From Bacillota bacterium (GTDB lineage: Bacteria > Bacillota > Clostridia > Christensenellales > Borkfalkiaceae): a stretch of DNA of 64,000 bases. Below are positions 9,187 to 19,214 of this stretch, in pieces; position 1 is the stretch's first letter, and each line of letters starts with the position of its first letter. Below the pieces are notes generated by a model, which ran no database searches, was not told the origin of the DNA, and worked only from the letters and a program-made list of their open reading frames with translations. A program made the translations under genes and the position numbers. Where the stretch lies: NCBI GenBank assembly GCA_003343995.1, contig QAKE01000021.1, positions 1,284-65,283 of the forward strand, read 5' to 3'.

Positions 9187-12144
9187 ATGGATAAACGGGA
9201 AGATAAAAAACAAAACTCCATATTGACGAAAGAATTTGCGGGGATGGTTTTGATATTATTCGCCACGCTGCTCCTCGTGTGCATGCTCACGCGCGGGGCG
9301 GTGTTCTCCACGCCGGGGCAGTATGTGTGCGCCTTTATGTTCGGCACCTTCGGGTACATGGCGTTCGCGGCGGTTGCGGGAATGTATCTCGGCGGAATCC
9401 GCCTCGTCACGGGCAAAAAGCTCTTTTCCGCGGGCAGGCGGTTTGCGCTCTGCCTTCTTTCGGCGTGCCTCGTCGTGCTGCTGATCAACACCGTGCTCCT
9501 GCGCGGTTTCGCGGGGAGCAATTACGGCGGTTACATCGCCGGCGCGTATAACGCGGGGGAAAACGGTCCGGCTTCCGCCACCGCGGGCGGCGCGATATTC
9601 GCCGTCGTCGGCTATCCCCTCGTCGGGCTGCTCGGCAACGCGGGCGCATACGCGGTGGAAGGCATCTTCCTCGCGCTGTCGCTCTATTTTGCCGCGCGCG
9701 CCTTCGTGGCGGGAAAGCCCGCGAAAGCCGTAAAGCGCGATCGGGCGCCCCGCGAAAAGGCGGAAACGGAAAATTACGGTTTGGAATTCAAGGAATACCC
9801 CGTGGAGGACGCCGTTCCCGAACCCGAACCGCAGAAATCCGGCTTGTACGTCGGCGTGGATAATTTCGAGCTGAAAACGAAAAAACAGCAGGCAGCGGCG
9901 GAAAGAAAGCCGGACGCGTTCAAAATTCTCTATCCCGATAAGGCGAAGGAGCAGTCGATGGCGAACGCTCCCGCGCTGGGCTATTCGGTGAACACGGCTG
10001 CCGCGCCCGAGGACGATTACAAAAAGAAGATAGAATATATCAAAACGCCCGTTTCCATCGATCTCAAAAGCTATAATTTCCAACCGTTCGGCAACGGCGG
10101 CGCGAAGGAGGACGGCGGTTATACCCGCGTTTCCGAGCCGGTGAAGCCTTCGGAAACGGTCGGAGAAAATCTGCCGCCGATGTTCGAGCACGACGAAACG
10201 TCCTATACGGAGGACGAATCGGGCAAGCGCGGCGCGGCGTACGAGCGTTACAGCGAAATCGCGGAGGTGGAAACGGAGGCGGTTCCGCAGCAGCCCATCG
10301 AGGTGTTCGGCAGGCGCGCGGCGGAAAAGCCGGAGGAAAAGCGGGAAGAGCCCGCCGCTCCCGCGAGGGAGTTCGGCAGAGCGCGTTCGATGTTCGAAGA
10401 GCCGCCCGCGGAAACCAACGTGCCCGCGTTCCGCGAAAGCGAACGGCTGACGGCGGAGCGGGAAACGGCGATGCCGGCGCGTGCGGAAGAAGAACCGCGC
10501 GCGGCGGAACCGATACGGGAAATCGAGCCGATCCGCAATATTGCGCCCGCGAATATCGAAAGAACCGTCGAGGAGGAAGAGGACGTTTTGCCGCCCTCCC
10601 GCGCGACGGGGCGCGCGTTCGCGCAGCCGGCGGAAGAGCCGAAGAAGGAAGAAGGGTTCAATCCGCCCATCGGCGTGAAATATAACCGCCCGCCCATCGA
10701 GCTGTTCAAGGCGTATCGGCAGGATCCCAACGCGCCGCAGGAAGATTACGAGGAAAGGAGCCGCGTGATCGAGCGCACTCTTTCGGAATTCGGCATCGAC
10801 GCGCAGGTGGTCAATTACGTGCACGGACCGACGGTCACGCGTTACGAGCTGTCCCTGCCCGCGGGCGTGCCCGTCAAGAAGGTGCCCAACCACGCGGACG
10901 ACATCGCCATGCGGCTGGAATCGGCAACGGGCATCCGCATCGAAGCGCCCATTCCCGGCAAAAACCTCGTGGGAGTGGAAGTGCCCAATAAAGTAAAAAC
11001 CACCGTAGGACTGCGCGATATTCTCGAATCGGAAACCTTCCGCAAGGATAAGCCCGGCGCGCTGACCTTCGCCCTCGGCAAAAATCTCGTGGGCGAGGCG
11101 GTGACGGAAAACCTCGCGAAAGGGCCGCACTATCTCGTCGCCGGCTCGACGGGCATGGGCAAAAGCGTTTGCTTAAATTCCATGATCATCAGCCTGATCA
11201 CAAAATATTCGCCGGAGGAGCTGCGGCTCATTTTAGTCGATCCCAAACAGGTGGAGTTCAACGATTACGAGCATCTGCCGCATTTGATGATCGACGAAAT
11301 CATCACCAACGCGCAGAAAGCCATCGCCACCCTGCAGTGGGCGGTGGACGAAATGGAGGCGCGCTACGCGAAGTTCCGCGAAAACGGCGTGCGCGACGTC
11401 AACGAATTTAACGAAACCGTCGCCGACGAAACGGTGGCGAAGGTGCCGAAGGTCGTCATCATCGTAGACGAAGTGTCCGATCTGATGCAGTATAACCGCA
11501 GGGATCTGGAGGCGAAAATTCTCTCTCTGTCGCAGAAGGCGCGTGCGGCGGGCATCCACCTCGTGCTGGCGACGCAGCGGCCGTCGGTGGACGTCATCAC
11601 CGGCGTCATCAAGGCGAACTTGCCTTCCCGTATCGCGTTCCGCGTGTCCAACGCCGCCGACTCGGGCACGATTTTGAGCGAGAGCGGCGCGGAAAAACTG
11701 CTCGGCAACGGCGATATGCTCTATAAAAACGCGCAGATGCCAAAATGCGAGCGCGTGCAGGGCAGTTATATTTCCTCTGCCGAGGTCAAGAGCGTGGTCG
11801 CCTATATCAAGGAAAACAACGAATGTTACTTTAACGACGCCGCCGCAAAGGCCATCGAGGAATCCGTCCGCCCGAAAGAAGCGGAGCCGGAGGACGACGA
11901 TACCGTTTCCGAGCGCAGCGTCAGCGAGGATAAACTCTTCGTCGAGGCGCTCCGCCACGTCATCACCACGGGCAGCGCGTCGATTTCTATGCTGCAACGG
12001 CGGTTTTCCGTGGGCTATTCCAAAGCGGGTTCGCTGGTCGATCAGATGGACAGAATGGGGTATATTTCCCCCTTCGACGGCAGCCGCGCGCGGCAGGTGC
12101 TCATCACCAAGGAACAATTTGAAGAAAAATACGGCGCTTTATAA
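9187..12144 (+). CDS. ftsK: DNA translocase FtsK/SpoIIIE
   Basis: 985 aa with N-terminal TM helices, a long acidic/Pro-rich linker and a C-terminal motor domain (GSTGMGKSV Walker A, IVDEVSDL) plus a gamma domain (LQRRFSVGYSKAGSLVDQM). Confidence 0.92.
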   Translation: MDKREDKKQNSILTKEFAGMVLILFATLLLVCMLTRGAVFSTPGQYVCAFMFGTFGYMAFAAVAGMYLGGIRLVTGKKLFSAGRRFALCLLSACLVVLLINTVLLRGFAGSNYGGYIAGAYNAGENGPASATAGGAIFAVVGYPLVGLLGNAGAYAVEGIFLALSLYFAARAFVAGKPAKAVKRDRAPREKAETENYGLEFKEYPVEDAVPEPEPQKSGLYVGVDNFELKTKKQQAAAERKPDAFKILYPDKAKEQSMANAPALGYSVNTAAAPEDDYKKKIEYIKTPVSIDLKSYNFQPFGNGGAKEDGGYTRVSEPVKPSETVGENLPPMFEHDETSYTEDESGKRGAAYERYSEIAEVETEAVPQQPIEVFGRRAAEKPEEKREEPAAPAREFGRARSMFEEPPAETNVPAFRESERLTAERETAMPARAEEEPRAAEPIREIEPIRNIAPANIERTVEEEEDVLPPSRATGRAFAQPAEEPKKEEGFNPPIGVKYNRPPIELFKAYRQDPNAPQEDYEERSRVIERTLSEFGIDAQVVNYVHGPTVTRYELSLPAGVPVKKVPNHADDIAMRLESATGIRIEAPIPGKNLVGVEVPNKVKTTVGLRDILESETFRKDKPGALTFALGKNLVGEAVTENLAKGPHYLVAGSTGMGKSVCLNSMIISLITKYSPEELRLILVDPKQVEFNDYEHLPHLMIDEIITNAQKAIATLQWAVDEMEARYAKFRENGVRDVNEFNETVADETVAKVPKVVIIVDEVSDLMQYNRRDLEAKILSLSQKARAAGIHLVLATQRPSVDVITGVIKANLPSRIAFRVSNAADSGTILSESGAEKLLGNGDMLYKNAQMPKCERVQGSYISSAEVKSVVAYIKENNECYFNDAAAKAIEESVRPKEAEPEDDDTVSERSVSEDKLFVEALRHVITTGSASISMLQRRFSVGYSKAGSLVDQMDRMGYISPFDGSRARQVLITKEQFEEKYGAL

Positions 12145-13457
12145 TGGATAACAGAAAAAAGGTGGGCGTCATCTCTTTGGGGTGCGATAAAAATCGCGTG
12201 GATACCGAAAAGATGCTCTCCCGTTTACAGGAAAAATTCCGCCTTACGGCAAACCCCGAGGAGGCGGAAATCATCGTCGTGAATACCTGCGCGTTTTTAA
12301 ACGAATCGCGCAAGGAGGCGATCGGGGAAATTCTCGACTGCGCGCGCTTAAAGGAATGCGGCAAGCTGGAAAAGCTCGTCGTCACCGGCTGTCTGCCGCA
12401 AAAATTCGTAAAGGATTTGTGGGACGGTCTTCCTGAGGTGGACGTGTTCGCGGGCGTTTCCGATTACGGCGAGCTGGCGGACGCGATCGAAAAAAGCTAC
12501 GCGGGCGAGCGGCTCGACATCGTGGGAGAACCTTCCGCGGAGCCCGATTTCGCTAGGGTCCGCACGACGGAAAACTACGCTTATCTGAAAATCGCGGACG
12601 GGTGCTCGAATTTCTGCACCTACTGCCTGATTCCCAAGATACGCGGCGCGTACCGCTCGGTCGCCGAGGAACAGCTCTTGGCGGAAGCTCGGTCGCTCGG
12701 GCGGGTGAAGGAGCTCGTCCTCGTCGCGCAGGACGTCACGAAGTACGGTGCGGATCTTGCCGGCGGCGAAAATATCGTGCGGCTCGTTCAAAAACTTTCC
12801 GCGCTCGACAACGTGGAAAAAATCCGCCTGTTGTATTGCTATCCCGAAAGCGTGAGCGAAGCGCTCATCGACGAGATCGCGGATAACGACAAGGTGGTGA
12901 AATACATAGACGTTCCGCTGCAGCACGCCGACGACGGCGTTTTGAAGCGCATGAACAGAAAGGGCACGTACGCAAGCTATCTCGCCCTCGTCGAAAAGCT
13001 GAAAAGCCGTATTCCCGACATCGCGGTGCGCAGCACCTTTATCGCGGGATTTCCCGACGAAAGCGAGGAGGCGTTCTCGCGGCTTGTGAAATTTTTGCGG
13101 GAAGCGGAGCTTTTCAATGCGGGATTTTTCGCTTATTCCAAGGAAGAGGGCACTGCCGCGGCGCGGCTCAAGGGACAGATTCCCGCGCGGATAAAGGCGG
13201 CGCGGGTGAAAAAACTCTACGCCGTGCAAAAAGAAATCGCCGCGAAGCTGCTCGCAGGCATGAAAGGGAAAATTCTGGAAGTGTGCGTGGACGCTTTCGA
13301 GGAGGTTTGCTGGTCGGGCAGGGCGTACTGCAACGCGCCGACGGTGGACGGCAAAGTGTATTTTACCGGCGCGGGGGAGTTCGGCGTCGGCGATACCGTC
13401 AAGGTAAAAATCACGGGGTTTGAAGATTACGATTTATACGGCGTTCTCGCCGAATAA
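12144..13457 (+). CDS. rimO: Ribosomal protein S12 methylthiotransferase RimO (radical SAM MTTase)
   Basis: N-terminal VGVISLGCDKNRVDTE, radical-SAM CSNFCTYC motif and a C-terminal TRAM domain. TAATG overlap with ftsK. Confidence 0.88.
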   Translation: MDNRKKVGVISLGCDKNRVDTEKMLSRLQEKFRLTANPEEAEIIVVNTCAFLNESRKEAIGEILDCARLKECGKLEKLVVTGCLPQKFVKDLWDGLPEVDVFAGVSDYGELADAIEKSYAGERLDIVGEPSAEPDFARVRTTENYAYLKIADGCSNFCTYCLIPKIRGAYRSVAEEQLLAEARSLGRVKELVLVAQDVTKYGADLAGGENIVRLVQKLSALDNVEKIRLLYCYPESVSEALIDEIADNDKVVKYIDVPLQHADDGVLKRMNRKGTYASYLALVEKLKSRIPDIAVRSTFIAGFPDESEEAFSRLVKFLREAELFNAGFFAYSKEEGTAAARLKGQIPARIKAARVKKLYAVQKEIAAKLLAGMKGKILEVCVDAFEEVCWSGRAYCNAPTVDGKVYFTGAGEFGVGDTVKVKITGFEDYDLYGVLAE

Positions 13458-13476
13458 AAAATAAAGGGGTGCTATT

Positions 13477-13638
13477 ATGCAGGAATACGAATACAAAGTG
13501 GCAAGCTATAAAAAGCTGAAAAAGGCAGAGCAGGACATGAACAAGCAGGCGGAGGACGGCTGGCGCGTTCAGCAGTCCCATCTGGAGGCATCCAGCGGCT
13601 GTCTTATCGTCATTTACGAAAGGAAGTACAGAGTATAA
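13477..13638 (+). CDS. Small DUF4177-like protein (53 aa), not in the ORF track
   Basis: The ATG at 13477 is preceded by AAAGGGG. Translates to MQEYEYKVASYKKLKKAEQDMNKQAEDGWRVQQSHLEASSGCLIVIYERKYRV*. It fills the rimO-pgsA gap exactly, and its stop lies 1 nt before the pgsA ATG. Confidence 0.55.
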   Translation: MQEYEYKVASYKKLKKAEQDMNKQAEDGWRVQQSHLEASSGCLIVIYERKYRV

Positions 13639-13639
13639 C

Positions 13640-14233
13640 ATGAATTTACCGAATAAATTATCTTTGGCGAGAATCTGTCTGATTCCCGTTTTCGTCGCGT
13701 TGTTTTACGTGCGGTTTCCCTATCATTACGTCGTATCCGCGGCGGTGTTCATTCTCGCCGCGTGCACCGATTTTATCGACGGGCACATCGCGCGCAAGTA
13801 CAATATGGTCACCAATCTCGGCAAGTTTTTGGATCCCATCGCCGATAAAGTGCTCGTTTCCACGGCGTTTATCGTCATGCTGACCGACGGCAACATTCTC
13901 TTTCCCTCCGCGGGGGAGTTCTGGCTGCCGCTCTGGGGCGTCGTCGTGGCGGTGATCTTGGCGCGCGAACTCATCATCAGCGGGTTCCGCACGGTGGCGG
14001 CGTCTCGCAATCTCGTGCTCGCCGCCGATAAAATCGGCAAAATCAAAACGGTGTTTCAAGACAGCGCCATCGCGGTGCTGCTCGTCGGCGGGGAGCGGTT
14101 TTTCCCCTCTATGTCCGTCGATCCCGTTTTGCTCGCGGGGGTCATTCTGCTCGCCGTCGCGGCGTTGCTCACCGTCGTTTCCGGCGTGAATTACGTCGTG
14201 AAAAATTTCGCGGTGCTGAAAGAGGAAAAATGA
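13640..14233 (+). CDS. pgsA: CDP-diacylglycerol--glycerol-3-phosphate 3-phosphatidyltransferase
   Basis: CDP-alcohol phosphatidyltransferase motif DFIDGHIARKYNMVTNLGKFLDPIADK within a membrane protein. Confidence 0.92.
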   Translation: MNLPNKLSLARICLIPVFVALFYVRFPYHYVVSAAVFILAACTDFIDGHIARKYNMVTNLGKFLDPIADKVLVSTAFIVMLTDGNILFPSAGEFWLPLWGVVVAVILARELIISGFRTVAASRNLVLAADKIGKIKTVFQDSAIAVLLVGGERFFPSMSVDPVLLAGVILLAVAALLTVVSGVNYVVKNFAVLKEEK

Positions 14234-15444
14234 AAACCGCTTTAATCAGCTTTCGGGATATACAGCTTAATTATTCCGCGGGGGCGGAGGAAAGTCTCGT
14301 ATGGGCGTTCAACGCGGGCGGTATCCGCGTGGACGACATCACCGTGCTTTCGGTGAAGGACGATCTGGGGTTCGGCAAGCGTTTCGGCGAACTCGAGCCC
14401 ATTTACGATAACATCGTCATTCTCTGTTCCGACGAAACGACCTTCGACGTGAAGGGGTTCATCGCGAAAAAGCTCGGCGTGGGGCTGGCGGAAAACGCAA
14501 ACGCCCGCAAATTCATCGAAGAATATAACGAAAGAACGGGCAAAACCGGCGGTTCGGAATACGCGCTGCTGCCGGAGGGCAGTACGGTCATTCCCAACTT
14601 TTCGGGAGTGTTTCAGGGCTTTTTGGCGGAGGGCGATTATACGGTGACGTTGCTGCCCAACGAGCCGGAGGCTTTCGGCGCGATGTGCGCGAATTACATT
14701 CTGCCCTATTTCGAAAAGAAATATAAAACCCGTTACGACAAAATCACGCTGAAACTGTTCGGCGTGAAAAAAAGCGAGCTCGAACCCGTTCTCCGAGAGG
14801 CGAAAAAGCTCGCCAAAAACAAAATCGAATACAACGCGGAGTATACGTACGGGGACGTGCGGCTCAATCTCGTTTACGACAACAACACGCCGAAGATGCT
14901 CGCCGACGACGCGGTGCGGCACATCGTTTCCGCCTTTCGCGACCGCATTTACGCGGAGGAAGATTTTACGCTGGAAAAATGCCTTTTCAACCTGCTTTCC
15001 CTGCATAAAAAGAAGATTTCCTTTGCGGAGTCCTTTACGGCGGGCAGGGTTGCCGCGGCGCTCATCTCCGTAGCGGGGGCGAGCGGCGTCGTCAACGAGG
15101 GGGTTACGGCGTACAGCAACCACGCGAAGATGAAGCGGCTGAAGGTGAAGGAAGAAACGCTGAAACAGTTCGGCGCGGTCAGTTCGCAGACGGCGTTTCA
15201 AATGGCGGCGGGCTTGCTCGAGGACGCGGAAACCGACGTCGCCGTGTCCACTACGGGCATCGCCGGTCCGAAGTCGGACGATACCAAAAAGCCCGTGGGG
15301 CTGGCGTTCATCGCCGTGGGCGGCAGGAGCGGCGTGCACGTGCACAAGATGAATTTTTCCGGCGACAGGGAAGAAATCACCGAAACGGCGAAGAATACGG
15401 CGTTATACTATGCCATCGCGTATATCCGCGAAGGCGAATTATAA
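14230..15444 (+). CDS. cinA: CinA-family protein (C-terminal nicotinamide-nucleotide amidohydrolase domain, divergent N-terminal domain)
   Basis: The C-terminal half has [32 protein letters not shown]...TGIAGP. The position upstream of recA is conserved. ATGA overlap with pgsA. Confidence 0.85.
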   Translation: MKTALISFRDIQLNYSAGAEESLVWAFNAGGIRVDDITVLSVKDDLGFGKRFGELEPIYDNIVILCSDETTFDVKGFIAKKLGVGLAENANARKFIEEYNERTGKTGGSEYALLPEGSTVIPNFSGVFQGFLAEGDYTVTLLPNEPEAFGAMCANYILPYFEKKYKTRYDKITLKLFGVKKSELEPVLREAKKLAKNKIEYNAEYTYGDVRLNLVYDNNTPKMLADDAVRHIVSAFRDRIYAEEDFTLEKCLFNLLSLHKKKISFAESFTAGRVAAALISVAGASGVVNEGVTAYSNHAKMKRLKVKEETLKQFGAVSSQTAFQMAAGLLEDAETDVAVSTTGIAGPKSDDTKKPVGLAFIAVGGRSGVHVHKMNFSGDREEITETAKNTALYYAIAYIREGEL

Positions 15445-15466
15445 AAGTACGAATAAAGGAGAAATC

Positions 15467-16510
15467 ATGGAAGAAAAGAAAAAGACAGACGACGGCAAGG
15501 CGAAGGCCTTGGAAAGCGTTCTGGTGCAGATCGAAAAACAATACGGCAAGGGCGCGATCATGCGCCTCGGCGACAGCGCGGGCGACACCTCGATCGAGGT
15601 CATTCCCTCGGGCTGTCTGTCGCTGGACGTGGCGCTGGGCATCGGCGGCATGCCGCGCGGCAGAATTATCGAAATCTACGGGCCGGAATCCTCCGGTAAA
15701 ACGACCGTCGCGCTGCACGCGGTGGCGCAGGCGCAGAAGGCGGGGGGCATCGCCGCGTTTATCGACGCGGAGCACGCCCTCGATCCCGTTTACGCGAAAA
15801 ATCTCGGGGTAAAGCTCGACGAACTGTACGTTTCCCAGCCCGATACCGGCGAGCAGGCGCTCGATATCACCGATTCGCTGATCCGAAGCGGCGCGGTGGA
15901 CATCATCGTCGTGGACTCGGTGGCGGCGCTTACGCCGAAGGCGGAAATCGAAGGGGAAATGGGGGAATCGCACGTCGGCTTGCAGGCGCGGTTGATGTCG
16001 CAGGCGCTGAGAAAGCTCGCGGGCATCACCAACAAGAGCAAAACGTGCGTCATCTTCATCAACCAGCTGCGCGAAAAGGTGGGCGTTATGTTCGGCAATC
16101 CCGAAACGACGCCGGGCGGCAAAGCGCTTAAATTCTACGCCAGCGTGCGCATAGACGTAAGGCGCGCGGACGCGCTCAAGGACACCGAAGGGCAGTTCGG
16201 CAACCACACCAAGGCGAAAATCGTGAAAAACAAGCTCGCGCCCCCGTTCAAAACGGCGGAGTTCGACATCATTTACGGCGAGGGCATCAGCCACGAAGGC
16301 TGTTTGATCGACCTCGGCGTGGCGTACGACGTGTTGGATAAGAGCGGTTCGTGGTTTTCCTATAACGGCGATAAAATCGGGCAGGGGCGCGATAAAACGC
16401 GCGAATATTTAAAAAACAATCCCGCGCTCGCGGCGGAAATCGAAGAAAAAATCCGCGCCGCCGCCAATCCGAAAAAGGAGAAAGACGAACCCGTCGCCGA
16501 AGAAAAATAA
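15467..16510 (+). CDS. recA: Recombinase RecA
   Basis: The ATG at 15467 follows AAAGGAG. Contains [12 protein letters not shown] Walker A and a [22 protein letters not shown] loop. Confidence 0.97.
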   Translation: MEEKKKTDDGKAKALESVLVQIEKQYGKGAIMRLGDSAGDTSIEVIPSGCLSLDVALGIGGMPRGRIIEIYGPESSGKTTVALHAVAQAQKAGGIAAFIDAEHALDPVYAKNLGVKLDELYVSQPDTGEQALDITDSLIRSGAVDIIVVDSVAALTPKAEIEGEMGESHVGLQARLMSQALRKLAGITNKSKTCVIFINQLREKVGVMFGNPETTPGGKALKFYASVRIDVRRADALKDTEGQFGNHTKAKIVKNKLAPPFKTAEFDIIYGEGISHEGCLIDLGVAYDVLDKSGSWFSYNGDKIGQGRDKTREYLKNNPALAAEIEEKIRAAANPKKEKDEPVAEEK

Positions 16511-16542
16511 TTCGTTTATTTCCGTCAGCAAAACGGATTTAA

Positions 16543-16571
16543 TTGACAAATGTGGATAAATAATATAAAAT
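16543..16571 (+). promoter_or_regulatory. Candidate promoter upstream of rny
   Basis: TTGACA (16543..16548), 17-nt spacer, TAAAAT (16566..16571). Confidence 0.45.
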
Positions 16572-16624
16572 AAAATCAAGCGCAGGCGGAAAACGCCGCG
16601 CGCGAAAAACAGGAGGGCATGATT

Positions 16625-18235
16625 ATGACAAATTTTGCAAGTTTCCTGTTCTTGGCTGGTTTACCGACGGGCGGTTGGATTGCCATCGTCGCCGGTGCAG
16701 TGGTTGTGTTTGGTGTTTGCGGATTTTTTCTGGGGAGTTTGCTCCGCAAAAAAAAGACCGATAAACGCTTGGGAGAAATCGATTCCGTCGTCAGCAAAAT
16801 GCTCGACGACGCTCGGGTTGAAAGTAAATCCATCAAAAAAGAAGCAATTTTAGAAGCGAAAGAACAGGAGCTCAAACTTCGCAACGAATTCGAGCGCGAA
16901 TCGAAAGAAAAGCGCGCGGAACTTCAGAAAATCGAAAACAGACTTGTGCAGAAAGAGGATATTCTGGACAAGAAGGAAGAAGGTTTGCTGAAACGGAACG
17001 AAGAAATCAACAGACAGCAGCAGAACTTGAAGAACAAGGAAGCGGAAGTGGAGAAAAAGCTGGCGGAGATCAGCGGTCAACACGAACAGATGCTTGCCGA
17101 GTTTGAAAAGATCTCGCAGATGTCGCGCGACGAGGCGAAAGCGGAACTTGTTGCCGCGATGGAGGACGAGGCGAAAAAAGACGCCGCGGGACTCGTCAGG
17201 CAGATCGAGAGCGACGCCAAGGAAGAGGCGGACAAAAAGGCGAAGGAGATCATTTCGCTCGCCATTCAAAAATGCAGTACGGAGCAAGCCACGGAAATCA
17301 CCGTTTCCGTCGTTCCCCTGCCCAACGACGACATGAAGGCGCGCATCATCGGCAGAGAGGGCAGAAATATCCGCACGCTGGAAAACGCGACGGGCATCGA
17401 GCTCATCATCGACGATACGCCGGAAGTCGTAATCCTTTCGGGTTTCGATCCCGTGCGCAGGGAAGTCGCCCGCATCGCGTTGGAAAAACTCATTTCCGAC
17501 GGGAGAATCCACCCCGCGAGAATCGAGGAAACGGTGGAAAAGGTCAAAAAAGAGCTGGAAACGGAAATCAAGCAGTACGGCGAAAACGCCATGTTCGAGT
17601 GCGGGCTGTTCGGTCTGCACCCCGAAATCATCAAACTGCTCGGCCGTTTGAAGTTCAGAACGAGTTACGGTCAGAACGTTTTGCGCCATTCTTTGGAAGT
17701 CGCGCATCTGGCGGGCACGATGGCGGCGGAACTCGGCTGCGACGTGAATATGGCAAAGCGCGCGGGGCTGTTGCACGATTTGGGCAAGGCGGTGGACTTC
17801 GAGGTGGAAGGCACGCACATGCAGATCGGCGCGGACCTTGCGAAGAAGTACAAGGAAAACCACGTGGTCGTCAACGCGATTTTATCGCACCACGGCGACG
17901 TGGAGCCCAAGACGATAGAAGCGGTGCTCGTGGCGGCGGCGGACTCCATTTCGGGCGCGCGCCCCGGTGCGAGAAGGGAAACCACCACCAACTACGTAAA
18001 GCGTTTGCAGCGGCTTGAAGAGCTCGCCGGCGAGTTCAAGGGCGTGGATAAGTGCTATGCCATTCAGGCGGGCAGAGAAATCCGCGTGATGGTGAAACCC
18101 GATCAGGTGGACGACGCGAAAACGCTGTTCCTTGCCAAGGAAATCGCCAAGAAAATCGAAAGCGAGCTGGAATATCCGGGGCAGATCAAGGTGAACGTCA
18201 TCCGCGAATGGCGCGCCACGGAATTTGCGAAATAA
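16625..18235 (+). CDS. rny: Ribonuclease Y
   Basis: N-terminal TM helix, coiled-coil, KH domain ([13 protein letters not shown]) and HD domain ([12 protein letters not shown]...HD). The ATG at 16625 has better SD spacing (AGGAGGG at 16611..16617) than the tracked ATG at 16619. Confidence 0.95.
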   Translation: MTNFASFLFLAGLPTGGWIAIVAGAVVVFGVCGFFLGSLLRKKKTDKRLGEIDSVVSKMLDDARVESKSIKKEAILEAKEQELKLRNEFERESKEKRAELQKIENRLVQKEDILDKKEEGLLKRNEEINRQQQNLKNKEAEVEKKLAEISGQHEQMLAEFEKISQMSRDEAKAELVAAMEDEAKKDAAGLVRQIESDAKEEADKKAKEIISLAIQKCSTEQATEITVSVVPLPNDDMKARIIGREGRNIRTLENATGIELIIDDTPEVVILSGFDPVRREVARIALEKLISDGRIHPARIEETVEKVKKELETEIKQYGENAMFECGLFGLHPEIIKLLGRLKFRTSYGQNVLRHSLEVAHLAGTMAAELGCDVNMAKRAGLLHDLGKAVDFEVEGTHMQIGADLAKKYKENHVVVNAILSHHGDVEPKTIEAVLVAAADSISGARPGARRETTTNYVKRLQRLEELAGEFKGVDKCYAIQAGREIRVMVKPDQVDDAKTLFLAKEIAKKIESELEYPGQIKVNVIREWRATEFAK

Positions 18236-18244
18236 AACGAAACA

Positions 18245-18275
18245 GGGCAGACTTTACGGTCTGCCTTGCATTGTT
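18245..18275 (+). terminator. Probable terminator after rny
   Basis: GGCAGAC-tttacg-GTCTGCC hairpin with a weak T-rich tail. Confidence 0.4.
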
Positions 18276-18343
18276 AAAATAAAATACACGACATATTATT
18301 AAAAAAAGTAAATCTTTAAAATAAGGGAAAAGAAATACGCATT

Positions 18344-19087
18344 ATGGCTGAAAAAAAGCGAATCAATCAGCAGTGGGACAGAAAATTCCCGTTACTTGGT
18401 GTTTTTGGGATGTTTTTGATTATCGCGGTGTTGGTCGCCGCTTACGGCGCATACCATTACTGGTGTTGGGAAAGCGGAACAGTATATGATTATCGTAAAA
18501 ATGATTATTTTTTGAATTCAATGATAAGTTACGTTTTGGATTCGTGGAAAAATAGCGGATTGATAGCGTTAGGGATTGTTCTGCCCATCATTTTATTTGT
18601 CGTAACAAGTTCTTTCGGTAAATCCATATATGGGGTTACAAAAGGCAACCCGTTAGCCGTTTTATTCGGTATTATGGTTGTTTTTTCGGTTGCCGCTCAA
18701 ATTGTATTGCTGATTCTTTGCAAACAAAAAGTGCAGATAAGTCAAGACATCGCAGCACAATATGCGTTTTGGTATCCGATCATGTTTGTAGTCATGTTGT
18801 TTTTTATAGTGCAGTTGGCTTATGTACTTGAGAAAAAATGTATGCACTGCGGATATATTCATACTTTAGATTTGGAAGAAACTTCACATTATTCTTATGA
18901 GGTAAAGCATACGACGGGTGGAAAATATGAAACACGTACCGCAGAAATAAAAGATGACTGTAATCAAAAAATAGGAGAAATAGAAACAAAAGAGTATGTT
19001 CCCGTCAGTCATTATACGACTACACATACGAGGAATTTATCAAAATACGTATGTAAAAGGTGCGGGGAAAGAATGACGCGTGGTTGA
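18344..19087 (+). CDS. Polytopic membrane protein with a C-terminal CxxC...CxxC zinc-ribbon-like tail (function unknown)
   Basis: 247-aa ORF in an AT-rich segment with about 4 hydrophobic helices. The tail reads KKCMHCGYIH...(about 60 aa)...YVCKRCGERM. Confidence 0.6.
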   Translation: MAEKKRINQQWDRKFPLLGVFGMFLIIAVLVAAYGAYHYWCWESGTVYDYRKNDYFLNSMISYVLDSWKNSGLIALGIVLPIILFVVTSSFGKSIYGVTKGNPLAVLFGIMVVFSVAAQIVLLILCKQKVQISQDIAAQYAFWYPIMFVVMLFFIVQLAYVLEKKCMHCGYIHTLDLEETSHYSYEVKHTTGGKYETRTAEIKDDCNQKIGEIETKEYVPVSHYTTTHTRNLSKYVCKRCGERMTRG

Positions 19088-19182
19088 TTCGATGCGCTTT
19101 TCGTTGTTTTTAGGGAAAGGGCGCAGGGATGTAAAGAGATTTTGAAATTTTCTGATTAACGAATACAGCATTATAACGAAAT

Positions 19183-19214
19183 AAAGCGGGCGGCAGATTG
19201 CCGCCCGCTTTTAT
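19183..19214. terminator. Bidirectional terminator between convergent genes
   Basis: AAGCGGGCGGCA-gat-TGCCGCCCGCTT hairpin with flanking A and T runs. It overlaps the stop of the gene at 19211..20137. Confidence 0.6.

Noticed and set aside
8850-9521. 223-aa minus-strand ORF that bridges the ABC ATPase gene, the terminator and the start of ftsK.
   Set aside because: It crosses a terminator and a promoter, is antisense to two supported genes, and has no motifs or SD.
9256-11130. 624-aa minus-strand ORF antisense to ftsK.
   Set aside because: It is antisense to a well-supported gene. The product is Arg/Gly/His/Phe-rich low complexity with no motifs and no SD, which is typical of a shadow ORF in GC-rich coding sequence.
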